Of a DNA stretch of 64,000 bases, positions 1-12,039 are shown in pieces. The notes beneath the pieces are model-generated. The model saw only the letters and a list, made by a program, of their open reading frames with translations, had not been told where the DNA came from and made no database searches. A program made the translations under genes and the position numbers. Position 1 is the first letter of the stretch. Every line of letters starts with the position of its first letter. Source of the stretch: Octopus vulgaris. Lineage: Eukaryota. The stretch covers positions 159,216,001 through 159,280,000 of the forward strand of contig OX597814.1 of NCBI GenBank assembly GCA_951406725.2. The letters run 5' to 3'.

Positions 1-176
1 AGTACCGCCTTTAGTCGAGCAAATCGAGCCCAGGGCTTATTCTTTGTAAGCCTTGTACTTATTCTATCGGGCTTTTTGCCGAATCGCTAAGTTACAGGGA
101 CGTAAACACACCAGCATCGGTTGTCAAGCGATGTTGGGTGGGGGACAATCACAGACACACAAACATATACACACAA

Positions 177-230
<54 letters not shown>

Positions 231-232
<2 letters not shown>

Positions 233-273
233 CGACGGGCTTCTTCCAGTTTCCGTCTACCAAATCCACTCCC

Positions 274-321
<48 letters not shown>

Positions 322-500
322 TTTATTCTTTTACTTGTTTCAGTCATTTGACTGCGGCCATGCTGGAGCACCACCTTTAGTCGAGCAAATCTTCCCGAGG
401 CTATAGTAGAAGACAGTCGCCCAAGGTGCCACGCAGTAGGACTGAACCCAGTATCATGAGGTTGGTTAGCAAGCTACCTACCACACAGCCACTCCTGCGC

Positions 501-501
<1 letters not shown>
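231..501 (-). mobile_element. tRNA-derived SINE (octopus-type), interrupted
   Basis: Minus-strand head GGCGCAGGAGTGGCTGTGTGG (A box) ... GGTTCAGTCC (B box). Body GAGTGGATTTGGTAGACGGAAACTG at 231-271. Associated repeat pieces at 1-170 and 319-390. Confidence 0.7.
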
Positions 502-573
<72 letters not shown>

Positions 574-660
574 ATCGATATATATATATATATATATATA
601 TCGACAGAAACGTTGTGTTAACAACAAAGATGAGGACAAATGTCCGTGTATGTATGTATG

Positions 661-661
<1 letters not shown>

Positions 662-731
<70 letters not shown>

Positions 732-750
732 CAACAACAACAACAACAAC
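662..750. repeat. (TAA)n/(CAA)n microsatellite
   Basis: Direct reading. Confidence 0.95.
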
Positions 751-798
751 ATCGAAAAATATCTTAGGAAGGAGAACCCAGGTTCGAAATTCCCCCCA

Positions 799-844
799 GA
801 CACCTGAAGAAGGCTGGAAGGTATATCAGCCGAAACGTTGTGTT
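799..844 (+). ncRNA. Minimal type I hammerhead ribozyme motif (Penelope-like element pLTR)
   Basis: GACAC-CTGAAGA-A-GGCTG(10 nt)CAGCC-GAAAC-GTT-GTGTT: stem I, catalytic core, stem II, palindromic stem III. The 3' half is duplicated at 607-646. Confidence 0.7.
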
Positions 845-1043
845 AACAACAAAGATGAGGACAAATATCCGTCGAATGTAAATAATGTAAATAATTTACA
901 TAATCCCTCATCTCTTAAATATAGAACTATGTGTGTGTGTGTATGTGTCTGTGTCTGTGTGTTTGTGTGTATGCGTGTGCGTGTGTGTGCGCGTGTGCAT
1001 GTGTGTGCGCGTGTGCATGTGTATTGTGTGCGTGTGTGGGTGG

Positions 1044-1080
<37 letters not shown>

Positions 1081-1504
1081 TAGGTGTGTGAGCACATTAT
1101 GAATATTCCATTCTATGTTTTAAGTTCTTTTGAGAATGATCTTAATTCTTGTATTAAGGCAAGCCTAACGGGTAGCTATACAGAGACTGACAAAGAACAG
1201 ACAGGTAAATCAACAGACAGACAGACAGACAGACGCACGGACGGACGGACGGACGGACGGACGGACGGACGGACGTTCGGACTGACGGACGGACGGAAGG
1301 ACGGACTGAATATAACCTTATACATTTAAATATGTTTCATCATCATCATCGTTTAACGCCCGTCTTCCATGCATGCATGACTAGGACGGTTGACAGGAGC
1401 CGGCCAGGTGTGTGTGTGTGTGCACGTATGTATGTCTGTGTATATGTGTGTGTGGGAGTGTGCGTGTGTATGTGTGTGTTTTCAGGTGTTGATACGATAT
1501 CATA

Positions 1505-2075
1505 TAAAATAAAATACTGAATAGTTGAGCCCACTTATTCCATGTTCGCTTCATGTTGCTTCATGTCGATATTACTGTCTTCTTCAAGTCTTTGGAAAAT
1601 ATACCCGTGCATGGTTCTTTTGGTAGGCTGAGTGTTTCACATCCCAGTCGTCTTTTTTAACCTGACTATTTTGGGGTTGTATGGGAAGTCATCAGAAAGA
1701 ATGTGTTTCCTGAAGAGCTCGCTGCCAACATGTAGGATGTTGTTTTCCTCACTTCTCAGCACTAAGTTAATGTATTCATTTTTGCTCATGCTGTTTATCA
1801 AGTGCTGTCTGAGAGAGACTATACGACATACGAAGCTTGTCTGCACTGATTTCAACTTTCTACCTTCTTTATCTCTTCTTAGATAGAGTCAATCGACATC
1901 ACTATTTCTGATGGTATATGTCAGTATCTTGCAAGTTTTAACATCTATGGTGTGGATTCCTTCTACAGACCAGTCAAGTATCCCAAATGTTGGAATCAAC
2001 ACTAGTACTACAAATGCATTGTAATAAAAGAGTTCCGACTGTCATACTTTTGTACGTCTGACATAATATTCCTGG
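1505..2075 (-). mobile_element. Degenerate R4/Dong-like (restriction-like endonuclease, RLE) non-LTR retrotransposon fragment
   Basis: Minus-strand remnant SDVD.LYLRRDKEGR...IVSLRQHL, typical of the region after the RT domain in this clade. Boundaries approximate. Confidence 0.55.
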
Positions 2076-2172
2076 TCACTCTATGTATCCATGTATGTAT
2101 GTATGTATGTATGTATGTATGTATGTATGTATGTATGTACCATAACAGAAAAATCATATTAAATAAACTCAC

Positions 2173-2439
2173 CTTCTACTATCAGCTTAGCAGTAGTTGA
2201 CACATTGCCAATGGTACAAGAATACTCTCCAAAATCTTCAAGTGTAACTTTACGAATTATAAGTTTCTGAATTCTTTTTTCCGTTATTATTTGAATTCTT
2301 TTATTAGCTGTCAATTTGATTCCATTTTTGAACCAATCTACTTTTACATTGTCTTTTGATAATTCACAAACAAATGTAGCAATTTCTTCTTCTTTGACAG
2401 TTACATCTTGAAGATGTTTTGTGAATTCTGGTTGTATTT
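2173..2439 (-). CDS. Single-Ig exon (absent from ORF track); the gene continues beyond position 1
   Basis: 267 nt, phase 1-1, ttgcag| and GAAG|gtgagt. EIQPEFTKHLQDVTVKEEEIATFVCELSKDNVKVDWFKNG...DFGEYSCTIGNVSTTAKLIVE. Confidence 0.92.
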
Positions 2440-3276
2440 CTGCAATGAATTAACATATGTATTTTACGCCATGGAATTTTCCTCTAAATGATTTTTGATA
2501 ACAGCTTCAATGTACAATAAACGACCCACAAAATGAGAAAAGTTTTATAATTAGTGTAATTTTCCCCATACATTAACAAAATATTTTAAACAGACTAAAC
2601 AGATTGACTGATGACAATTAATAAACAGCTAAGATTATTGTATTGCACAAATTACATTCAAATAAAACGGTGTCGGCAATTTCTTTTTAGCTCATAGATC
2701 AAGATTATATTTGCAAGTTTTTTACCATGTCAACAATATAGCCTGTTATGTCTAATTTGTTATTTTTCTTTCTCTTTTTGAATGGAATCAAAATTTTAAG
2801 ATTTTGATGAAACTGTATTTTGCTTCACGCCTTTGCTATTAAAAGTCATTTTACAAAAAATGGTCTAAGTGTATCAAAATTATACATTTTCGATGACTAT
2901 AAACATACATTAGAACTTATATCTTTTTTATTCTTAATACATCTAGGTAGGTTCAGATGCAAAATATGATGATCGTTGTGCTGTACATTATAGGAAAATA
3001 ACTACTCTCTTTTACGACGATAGTGTGTTCAAGATACTCAGCTCATTGGCGCATGGTATTGTAGGATAGTGTTTCGACATCGCATCAGTCAGATATACCC
3101 AGACCTTTGAGCCTAAATCAAGCCGCTGGTTTTGTTTACACTTTTAGCAAACAAATTGTTTGTATCAGCGAGCCGAGTTAATTGAACACACTGTCGTCGG
3201 AAAAGAGAGAGTTTATTCTCCTATCATGTACACAACAGCAACCAGCATATTTTGCGTCTGAACCTGCGTAAATGTA

Positions 3277-4138
3277 CGACGCCTGATCAATAAGTATCCG
3301 GACTGTTGGTATAGTAACGAAGCTAAAGCATGTAGAGTGAAGCTTGGCACAGATTGACTTTAAACTCTGTTGTGCATGCGTACTAAGTTTTAACGTTCTA
3401 GATGATTTCGACTGTTTACAGCAGTGCTTGGAAGGAATGTGTGTAGTATGTGATTGTCGCAGTGACCACGACAGAGAAAGTTGTCATGGTGATATTTGCA
3501 CAGTGGCCGACACAAAGTTGCAGAAAGGGTATGGAGAGGAGTGTATGAGTCGCACACATGTGTATGACCGAAAAAATGTCGGTTTTGACGAAGGTTCTGG
3601 GAGACCCGCAACCAGCAGAACTGAGAAAAACATCGCAGATGTGCGTGCAGTTGTGAGGAGAAATCGTTGAATCACGATCTGTGAGTTATGAGAGGATGTG
3701 CAGATTAGTTACTGTTCAGTTCAGTCCATTATCATTGAAGATCTTTATACGAGATACGTGTCTGCCAAGTTTGCGCCAAAACTGCTTTCGGTTGACCAGA
3801 AAGACACTTGGGTTTCAATTGGACAAGATCTCATTGATTGAGTCGAGAACGATGGAAACTTTTTGAAAACTTTGCGTAGGCCTCTGAACAGGTATCACCA
3901 AGCTTTTGGCAAAATCTGATGCAGATTTTCTACTCAACTGTCATAGTCAGTGCGACGATCACACTCTACGCACCTTCTATCCAAGCGCTACCGTAAACAG
4001 CAGAAGTAAGCTAGAACTTTAAAACTTAGTGCACATGCACAGCAGAGTTTAGGGTCAATTTCTGTCAGGCGGCTTTACTTTGCGTGCTTTAGCTTCGTTA
4101 CTATGGTAACAGTCCGGATACTTATTGATCAGATCACG
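3277..4138 (+). mobile_element. Internally deleted mariner element
   Basis: TA-flanked ~120-bp TIRs (CTGATCAATAAGTATCCGGACTGTT / AACAGTCCGGATACTTATTGATCAG). Transposase N-terminal remnant SGRPATSRTEKNIADVRAVVRRNR. Confidence 0.85.
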
Positions 4139-4400
4139 TATTAAGAACAAATATGCAAATAATCTTTCCAGTAATTAGGGAAAGACATGAGTAGATGAGG
4201 TCTGGATGCTGGACAAATTGCTAATTTAGTTAAGCAAGATCGATTATATTAGTAGGAAACATGAGAGAAATTTACAGTGCATTGATCAATCAGTGGATTA
4301 ACGTGTGTTGGGAAGTGCAAATTTGCTGAGTGATCAAACTACAATTTACTTGATATGATCTACAATGCTTGTACGTCTAGCTGCAGTACCATCCTAGATA

Positions 4401-4444
4401 CAGCCACCATTAGAGTACTGCTAACAATACTCTAATGGTGGCTA
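4401..4444. repeat. Tiny palindromic MITE-like hairpin
   Basis: AGCCACCATTAGAGTA (4402-4417) pairs perfectly with TACTCTAATGGTGGCT (4428-4443); TA on both sides. Confidence 0.6.
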
Positions 4445-5122
4445 TACTTATGCTTTGTATATGGTCAGCAACTCTTTAACTTTTCAATATCGTTTTGTCT
4501 TTAAGAGAAAGCTTCATCTTTAGAATAAATTTTGGCAATATTTAGATGTATAATTGCACAAGCGAATATCATATATTGCAAGGTTTGAAACTATTTCGAA
4601 GCTTGTAGCTATTTTATAATAAATAGACTGGATGTAGTGTTGAAAGATTGTGTTACAAACATCTATAATGTATTGTGTTTTAGTATTGTTGAACGAGACC
4701 AAGTTAGTATATTTAAATCATATCAATATACTTTGTGCAAACAATAATTTCAAATATTATTTAGCATTAAGATATTTGCTGCTCTTTTTCTACACTATGT
4801 TTTATATTTTTTCATAGTGTTAGTTTTGAAAAATCCCCAAACTTTGTAACTAATTTGTTTCAAACAGGTACAATTAATTTGTAAGTTTCAAATTTTTATA
4901 TTTATTCCAATAATGAAAAGAAATATCAAGTTGTGCGCCGTTTAGTAGCTTCTTGAAAGACAAAATTTTAATTTTGCAATTCAAACTCACAATGACAGGG
5001 CGAGGATATATGAAAAAGTAATATATTGTTAAAAAAAATTAATTCTTCATTGAATGTAATTTTCAAATAGTAATTAATATAAATTTTATATTTCATAATT
5101 TGTAATGTTTCTAAACACTTAC

Positions 5123-5395
5123 CCTCAACATGAAGTTTAGCTGAAGTCGATATTTGATCAATAAGACAAGAATACTCTCCTCTATCCTCCACCTTAACAT
5201 CAGAAATAATAAGTTTGTATTTATTCTGCTCTGTGATGAATTTTGTTCTTTCATTTTCAAATATGAGATTTCCATCTTTCAACCAAACAGGATCGAGACA
5301 ATCTATATTTGTTTCACACATAAAAGTAGCTGTTTCTTGCTCTTTAACTTTAACTTCTGTGAGTGGTTTTATGAATTCTGGCTTCACTTCTTGGA
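5123..5395 (-). CDS. Single-Ig exon
   Basis: 273 nt (267 nt if the AAG acceptor 6 nt downstream is used), phase 1-1, ttatctag| and GAGG|gtaagt. VQEVKPEFIKPLTEVKVKEQETATFMCE...WLKDG...DRGEYSC. Confidence 0.92.
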
Positions 5396-6246
5396 CTAGA
5401 TAAATAAAATATTATAAATGAGACAACAATTTTCTTCATAGTAAAATCAAAATATATTTTTCAAAACTGCCATTCTTCTGTTTTCTTTATCAAAGAGATA
5501 GAAAAAAGAATGTGTCACATATCTGAAAGGAAAATCAATGATGATGAGGAGTAATGGTAGTAGCGATGATAACAAAATAGGAATCGAAAATAATGTTGTT
5601 TGCACAATATATTAAAACTATTTTAGACCGGGCTTAAGGAGTACGTACAATTTTGAAGAAGTGTAAACAAAGAATTTAGTTCCCTCTTTAAACGTGTACA
5701 TTTTATTTCATAAAATGCATATTAATGCATTGATAGCACTTTATTGCTCCAGAACATACAAAATATGAATTTCGAACCGCATAAAATGGATAAATTAAAG
5801 TTAAAAGTCATATTTAAAGAGATACATCTAAAAGAAAACTATATAAATGTTCAAAAATTTAAACATGCTATTGTTCGTTAACATAAATGCATGTATATAC
5901 ATATATTCATACATACATAGATACACGCACACACACACACAATAACACACACGTTAACTTTTTTAAAGAAACTGAAGCTGAAATTTGCCTCGTGATTTGT
6001 GCTCATACCACTTGTTTGAGGGTCATGGTGTGAAACACGAATCGCGAAACAAATTCTCAGTTTCTGTTTCAAAAATACTACTATATATCAAAAAATTATC
6101 AAAGTAGATAATTTTTTTTTTTTTTTTTTTCAGTATTCATGAAATTTACATCTATGGTTTCCATAGTTCCTGCAGAAAATAAATACAAAATTTAAAAATT
6201 ACAACTCATCAAGGAAGATTAATTTTATTTTATGGAGCTTTTAACA

Positions 6247-6280
6247 GTGTGTGTGTGTGCCTATACACACCACAAACACA

Positions 6281-6358
<78 letters not shown>

Positions 6359-6510
6359 TATATACATATACATATATATATTTATATACATATACATATA
6401 CATATATATATACATATACATACATATACATATACATACATATACATACATATACATACATATACATACATATATATATGTATGTATATATATATATATA
6501 TATATATATT
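6247..6510. repeat. Compound (TG)/(CA)/(TA)/(TACATA) microsatellite
   Basis: Direct reading. Confidence 0.95.
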
Positions 6511-7478
6511 CTTGAGTTGTATTTGTTCAACTAGTGATGTGGTCTGAGACTGTGTACTGAAAATAAAAGATTTAAATCGTTGAAGAGCCATTTAGCAATT
6601 TAAAAAGACAAAAACAATGAAATTCATTTTGCATTTATTTCTAGAAATTTTTTAATCTTCGTCGCACATTTACGACCTCGTCCGGCAAAATTTGATTGAA
6701 ACTGTTAGAAGTGTATGCCCAGTTCTTATAAGTCTTCTGGGTTTTCTTATTAGTTAAATCTATGGTAATACGAGTTTATTTTATTCGTGTTGACTGACTG
6801 TGACTTCTTAATAGTGACTAACAATTGTCGTAAGTTATTTCCAGATTTTACTCCTTGTTTATTTACAACTTTGTATGCATCGTTATCATTCATCTCTTTT
6901 ATTATATCCTTTTCTTTTTTCTGCTTTCTCTTCTCGAATTTCCGTACATTAAGTTCGCTATGTATAAACATGATATTCACGAATGTGTGAGTGCGCGCGC
7001 GTGCGTGTTTATGTGTCTGTGTGTGTGTGTGCCTTTGTGTATGTGTGTGCGTGTGTGTATGTGTGTAACATAGACAGAAATAATGGGTTATATAGATTTA
7101 TTTATTTATTATAGGCTTACAGCTGTTTCAGATGCATTTTGGTTCAGTTCATGGTTCAATTTAATCAATCGTTTGATTGAGCGACTGAAAATATAAGGAA
7201 CCACCAGCACAATGCTTTCTTCCTTAGAGCCGAAACAAACCAACTACTTCTGATTTACAAATTTGACTGAAGGACTTCTGCTTCGAATTACCAGAAGCGC
7301 AATACCTATCACAAGACATTTTTTGTTAGCCTGGTGTATTTTTATCTGCATATATATATATATATATATATATATTAATAGTAATGGTAAGGCAACAAAA
7401 GAATGAAAGAGACCTCGATATTATGTAAATAGAGGAATTTATTTGTAATACAATATGTGACAATTATTCGGTTGCCGT

Positions 7479-7586
7479 GATAAAACTCCGAGTTTCGGGT
7501 GTCGGGGCGGAAACCTGCACCCGCATTTCTTCAGTCATCGAGGAATTGCCTCGATGACTGAAGAGATGCCGGTGCAGGTTTCCGCC
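7479..7586 (-). ncRNA. Degenerate hammerhead motif (7479-7539) overlapping a 38-bp inverted repeat (7506-7543 / 7549-7586); Penelope-like remnant
   Basis: Minus strand: GATGA-CTGAAGA...GAAACT-CGG-AGTT-TTATC. Inverted-repeat arms match at 36 of 38 positions with a 5-nt loop. Confidence 0.6.
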
Positions 7587-10500
7587 TATTTTGTGTAAGT
7601 CGGACCTTTTTATATATAAACATATGTTCATTTCTTTTATCAAATGTATTTAACATCATTTGTATATCGACTTGCCTAAATTGTTTGTACTTACATTTAC
7701 TTCTCTAGGTGCTCATGTTTAAATCTCTTGAGCACTACGAAGTGTATCCTATACGGAGAATATCTGTCTCTAATCTATAATCTAAATATATATATGTATG
7801 TGAACACCCATATATTCGAGTATGCTAATAGCTAAACTAATAGACTAATCTTCAGAATGATTCATAATAGTCCAAAATTATCAGCTCTATGACAGAGAAC
7901 TAGCTGACTCAATATATATCCACAGGTAATAAGTGTAGCTAGTAGGATACTATGCTTGATTTGTTTTAAGAGAGCAATAGTCATAGATCAATATAAATTT
8001 TAAAAAGAAACAGTAGATATATACAAAAGATTAAAAAATCACACATAATATACACACATGTTCATGCACATATATGTATGCATTCACATGTAAGCTTATA
8101 TAAGTAAACTAGATAATGAAATCTATATCTTATAATTCTCTTATTCTCTTATATGTTTCAGTCCAATGATTGTGGCCATGCTGGAGCACCGCCATTGCTT
8201 AAATCTTTATTATCCCATCAAATGTAGGTATCTTCATTTCAAACAAATTTGGATCAGTAAATAGTTTCCAAACATCATATCTATTTGATACCTTCAGTTA
8301 TATGTAGTTTATATTCAAATACATTATACCCATATAACAGAATTTGATCAAATCTTCCACTGAACATGTATTTGCTTATAAAATCTGAAACATAAATTAT
8401 ATGTATTAAGTGTATAAGTGAAAGAAAGAAAAAATGACACTATGTTGGTGTGTGTATATGTATGTCACACATAATCTAACAGAAAACTTTGTTTCTAATT
8501 ATGAGCTAAAATAAGATTCTGCAATAACTATCTTCCTTTCATAGTTGTTCTTTAGAATGACTGTAAATTTCAATTGTGAATTATATGAAAATATGATTTT
8601 AAAATATCATAAAATATTCACTTCAAATATATAAGAAATGTGAGCATTAAAGAAGTTTAAATATCATGGACTTACTATAGCAATTAAAAAGATGTATATT
8701 AATACCAATATACAATTCAGACTTAATATATCTGATGTAAAATAAATATCTCTTTTAAGTCATAATTCTGAAATTAACTGTAGGCATTAAGAAAAACATG
8801 GATTTGTAGTCATATGCCCAATTAATATCCACACTGTCCAATTTGGAAGAAACATTCACTAATATAAGGTGAAATAAATATATTTAATTTTTTTTAAATG
8901 GAATCATATCATTTCAAAAATATTTGATAATATTTATCTAATATTATCTAATATTTATTAGATAATATTTTGGATAAAATTTATAGCTAATATCTTACCA
9001 ATTTCATCTAATCTTTTCCTTTAAAACAATGTTATTTTTAAAATATTCCATTTAAAAAATTGAATGAATTTTTATGGCTTCTATAACAGTGTGTTTTTGC
9101 ACAGTATCATCAAAATATAACATTTTGAATTATATTTGGGCCAGAAAAGAGAACAAATCACAAAATACAATTGTATAAGATTACTTTTTGCTTATATTTA
9201 TTTCTGACAAAGCTAATACTTGAGTAGAAAAAAATTATCCTTGGACTATAATCCTCATCATTTCCATTTTTATTAAACTTATAAATTAAAAGCACAAAAG
9301 ATGAGGTCATTTTTACTTTTAAAGTATTCCAAACTGACATCACCATTATCAGAATAATATTGTAAAATATTAATAAATATTTCAATACCTTTTTGAAAAT
9401 AGAAACATGAATTTATCAACCTTTGAAACTTAAACTATCAAAACTTATCAAAGAATAATTAAATTTGTGAAAGAATTTTATGTGATAAAATCTCTCACAG
9501 TTAAAGGAAACTAAAACAGAAAACTAAACTTTATGTATTTTCCAGGCACAGTGAAATCAAAACCAACATTTCCTAAGAATACACAGAAGCAACCACATAA
9601 ATGATTATATAAAGTTATTTAAAAAGCCACTTTCTATCGCGCAGGATAAATTTAATGAATTTAAATAAAGAAAAGTATTTCAAATAACACAGATGGCTGA
9701 CCAAGAACTGAAATAAAAAAAATTAGATTTTTGTTTACAGATTAAATTGATTTGTCACTCAAAATCGGTTTGTAGAATCTTTAAAGTATATTTATTTCCA
9801 TTGTATTATAAATATACAGTTTTTTTTATGATTGTACATTCATTGAATGTGCTGTTCAATCCATAAAACCAAAGTAGCCATGTGCAAATCTGTAACAAAG
9901 TCTATATGCAAATCAGAGTATTAATATATGTTAATTCAAAGCAAAATAATCTTTGTAACAGAGGAATATTCTATCAGCTTGAGAATTTTAAAAAAGTGGG
10001 GCTTTTTCAAATAGATAAAGAAATTTATCACAAAAGTGATTTTTTAAGTAGTTAATACCAAATTTTCTGAGTGGAATGGACAACATCACAATGATGCTTT
10101 TCTATTTCATTTATCCACACAAAAAAGAATATAACTACATAATTATAAAATGTTAGCTTAATATTTTTAAATTTTTTATTAGATGTTTCAATTTATGGCT
10201 TTAAAATTGATATTGAATTTTTGATGCCTCAGAGGTAACAGTTTGACTTTATGGCTCAGCTAAATTTTTATTCAACTAAATTACCTCTTGTCTTACTAAA
10301 AAAAATCATCCATTCATTTAGATAATGGCAAAAACTCTAATAACTTTTAAAAATCTAAATATTCAAAGTAAACTTATCTTATTTATGTATTGCTCAAATT
10401 AACTATTATAAAATGTTCTCTCTTTTAAGTTTTAATTTAATTGTGCTAAATTAATAGAAATTTACTCTAGTAATTCACAGATATACTGTCAATCAAGTAA

Positions 10501-11469
10501 TAACTAAATGAGATCCAAAATGAAATTTAGTTATTAATCATTTAAATATCATTCTGTTACAAATCATATTTATATGCAAATAAATCAAAACACTTAAAGC
10601 ATATTTAAGAATTACAAACATAGGTGTCTCAAATAAAATCAGTGCAATGAAAGAAAACACAATAGCATGCTCAAAATATCAAAGAAATATACTGAATAAA
10701 TCAGGGAATATTTTTTATATAATCTGATAATGTGACATCTAATTATGCAATGCTGAAAACACAATTTTATTATATAATATTTTTAAATTTATGTTAATAC
10801 ATAATTAAGTAAATGTAGTCACAAAATAAAGAAGAAGCATTTTAATTGGATTATACTTTTGAAAATCTAATGACTTGAGAAAGTAATAATCCATATTTAA
10901 ATAGAATCATTAGTTTTAAAGAAGTTTCTAACTGCTTTATGCCATCATATTGAAGATATTATATTTGACTCAGTACATTTAGTGGAATAAAAGATCATAT
11001 TAAATATTATTATAGTAAGAATTTTAAAAATTAAAATTAATATCCTTCATTTTAAAATTATAACTTAAAATCATAATTTAAATTGATTTGCTTTATTCAT
11101 GCTTCAAAATTCATAAAATAGTAAACTTCTATTCCAATATGGATAGAATTATAATATTCATAAATAATTTTAACATTTAAGTAGAATGTCTTTTAAAAGC
11201 ACTATGATTTTATGTTTTAATTACAAAGTAATTTAACCTTGAGCAAAGAAAATTGTTTTGATTATATTTTAATGACTAAAATTTCAGAACGCTTTTATAA
11301 ATATCTTATGATGTAATAGGACATCAGAATTAGTTTTCAATGGTGAAATAAGGAACCTAAAATTTGCAGTATCTATGTAGACACTGCCAAAAAGTTACAG
11401 ATTTTTTAATTTACATCATAGAAATATATGATAACAACAATAAAACAAATAAGGATGATGATGATGATG

Positions 11470-11546
<77 letters not shown>

Positions 11547-12039
11547 TTCTTGCATTAATTAAAATAAAAACAACAATAACAACAATAATTGTTCTAACAT
11601 GAATAAAACCAGAAATTTGGTTTGGGGATAACAGACAATAAAATCATCTCTAGTATTTGAATGGAACTTCATCAACCCATCAACCCTGGAAGGATGAAAG
11701 GTAAAGCTGACCTTGTAGGTTTCTGAAGTCAGAACATAAAGATCTAGGGCAAATATCATGAGGAATTTCATTCAAGACATTAGTGATCTTGCCAATCCAC
11801 CAGTAATAATGTCAGCTAAAGTCAACTTTGCCTTTCCTCTTTCCAGAGTTTCTAGATTAAAGTACTAGTCAAATATTGAGATGGGATAATTGACTTTTCA
11901 TTTCATCCAACTTTCAGACTTTGTGCCAATATTAGGAACATCATCATTATTATTATTATTATACATACATACATTAGATTGGACTGTTGGAAAAGGAAAA
12001 TTCCTAACATCGGGCAACAACAAGTAACTGTAGATGCCA

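Noticed and set aside
53-1534. Many ORFs (YIYI, poly-I, poly-L, CVCV), also at 6.2, 43, 45.7-48 and 54 kb
   Set aside because: Translations of microsatellites.
6099-6169. Strong minus-strand acceptor (ttttctgcag|GAACTATGG) as a possible terminal exon
   Set aside because: The frame runs through an A19 homopolymer to a stop, with no good donor or other support.
7110-7310. Partial hammerhead halves (minus GAAACAGCTGTA; plus CTGAAGG...GCAA)
   Set aside because: Core incomplete or mutated; at most decayed PLE debris.
8999-9018. TTG|gtaaga donor with nearby AGs; similar case at 10285-10295
   Set aside because: Poor pyrimidine tract or non-frame-preserving lengths.
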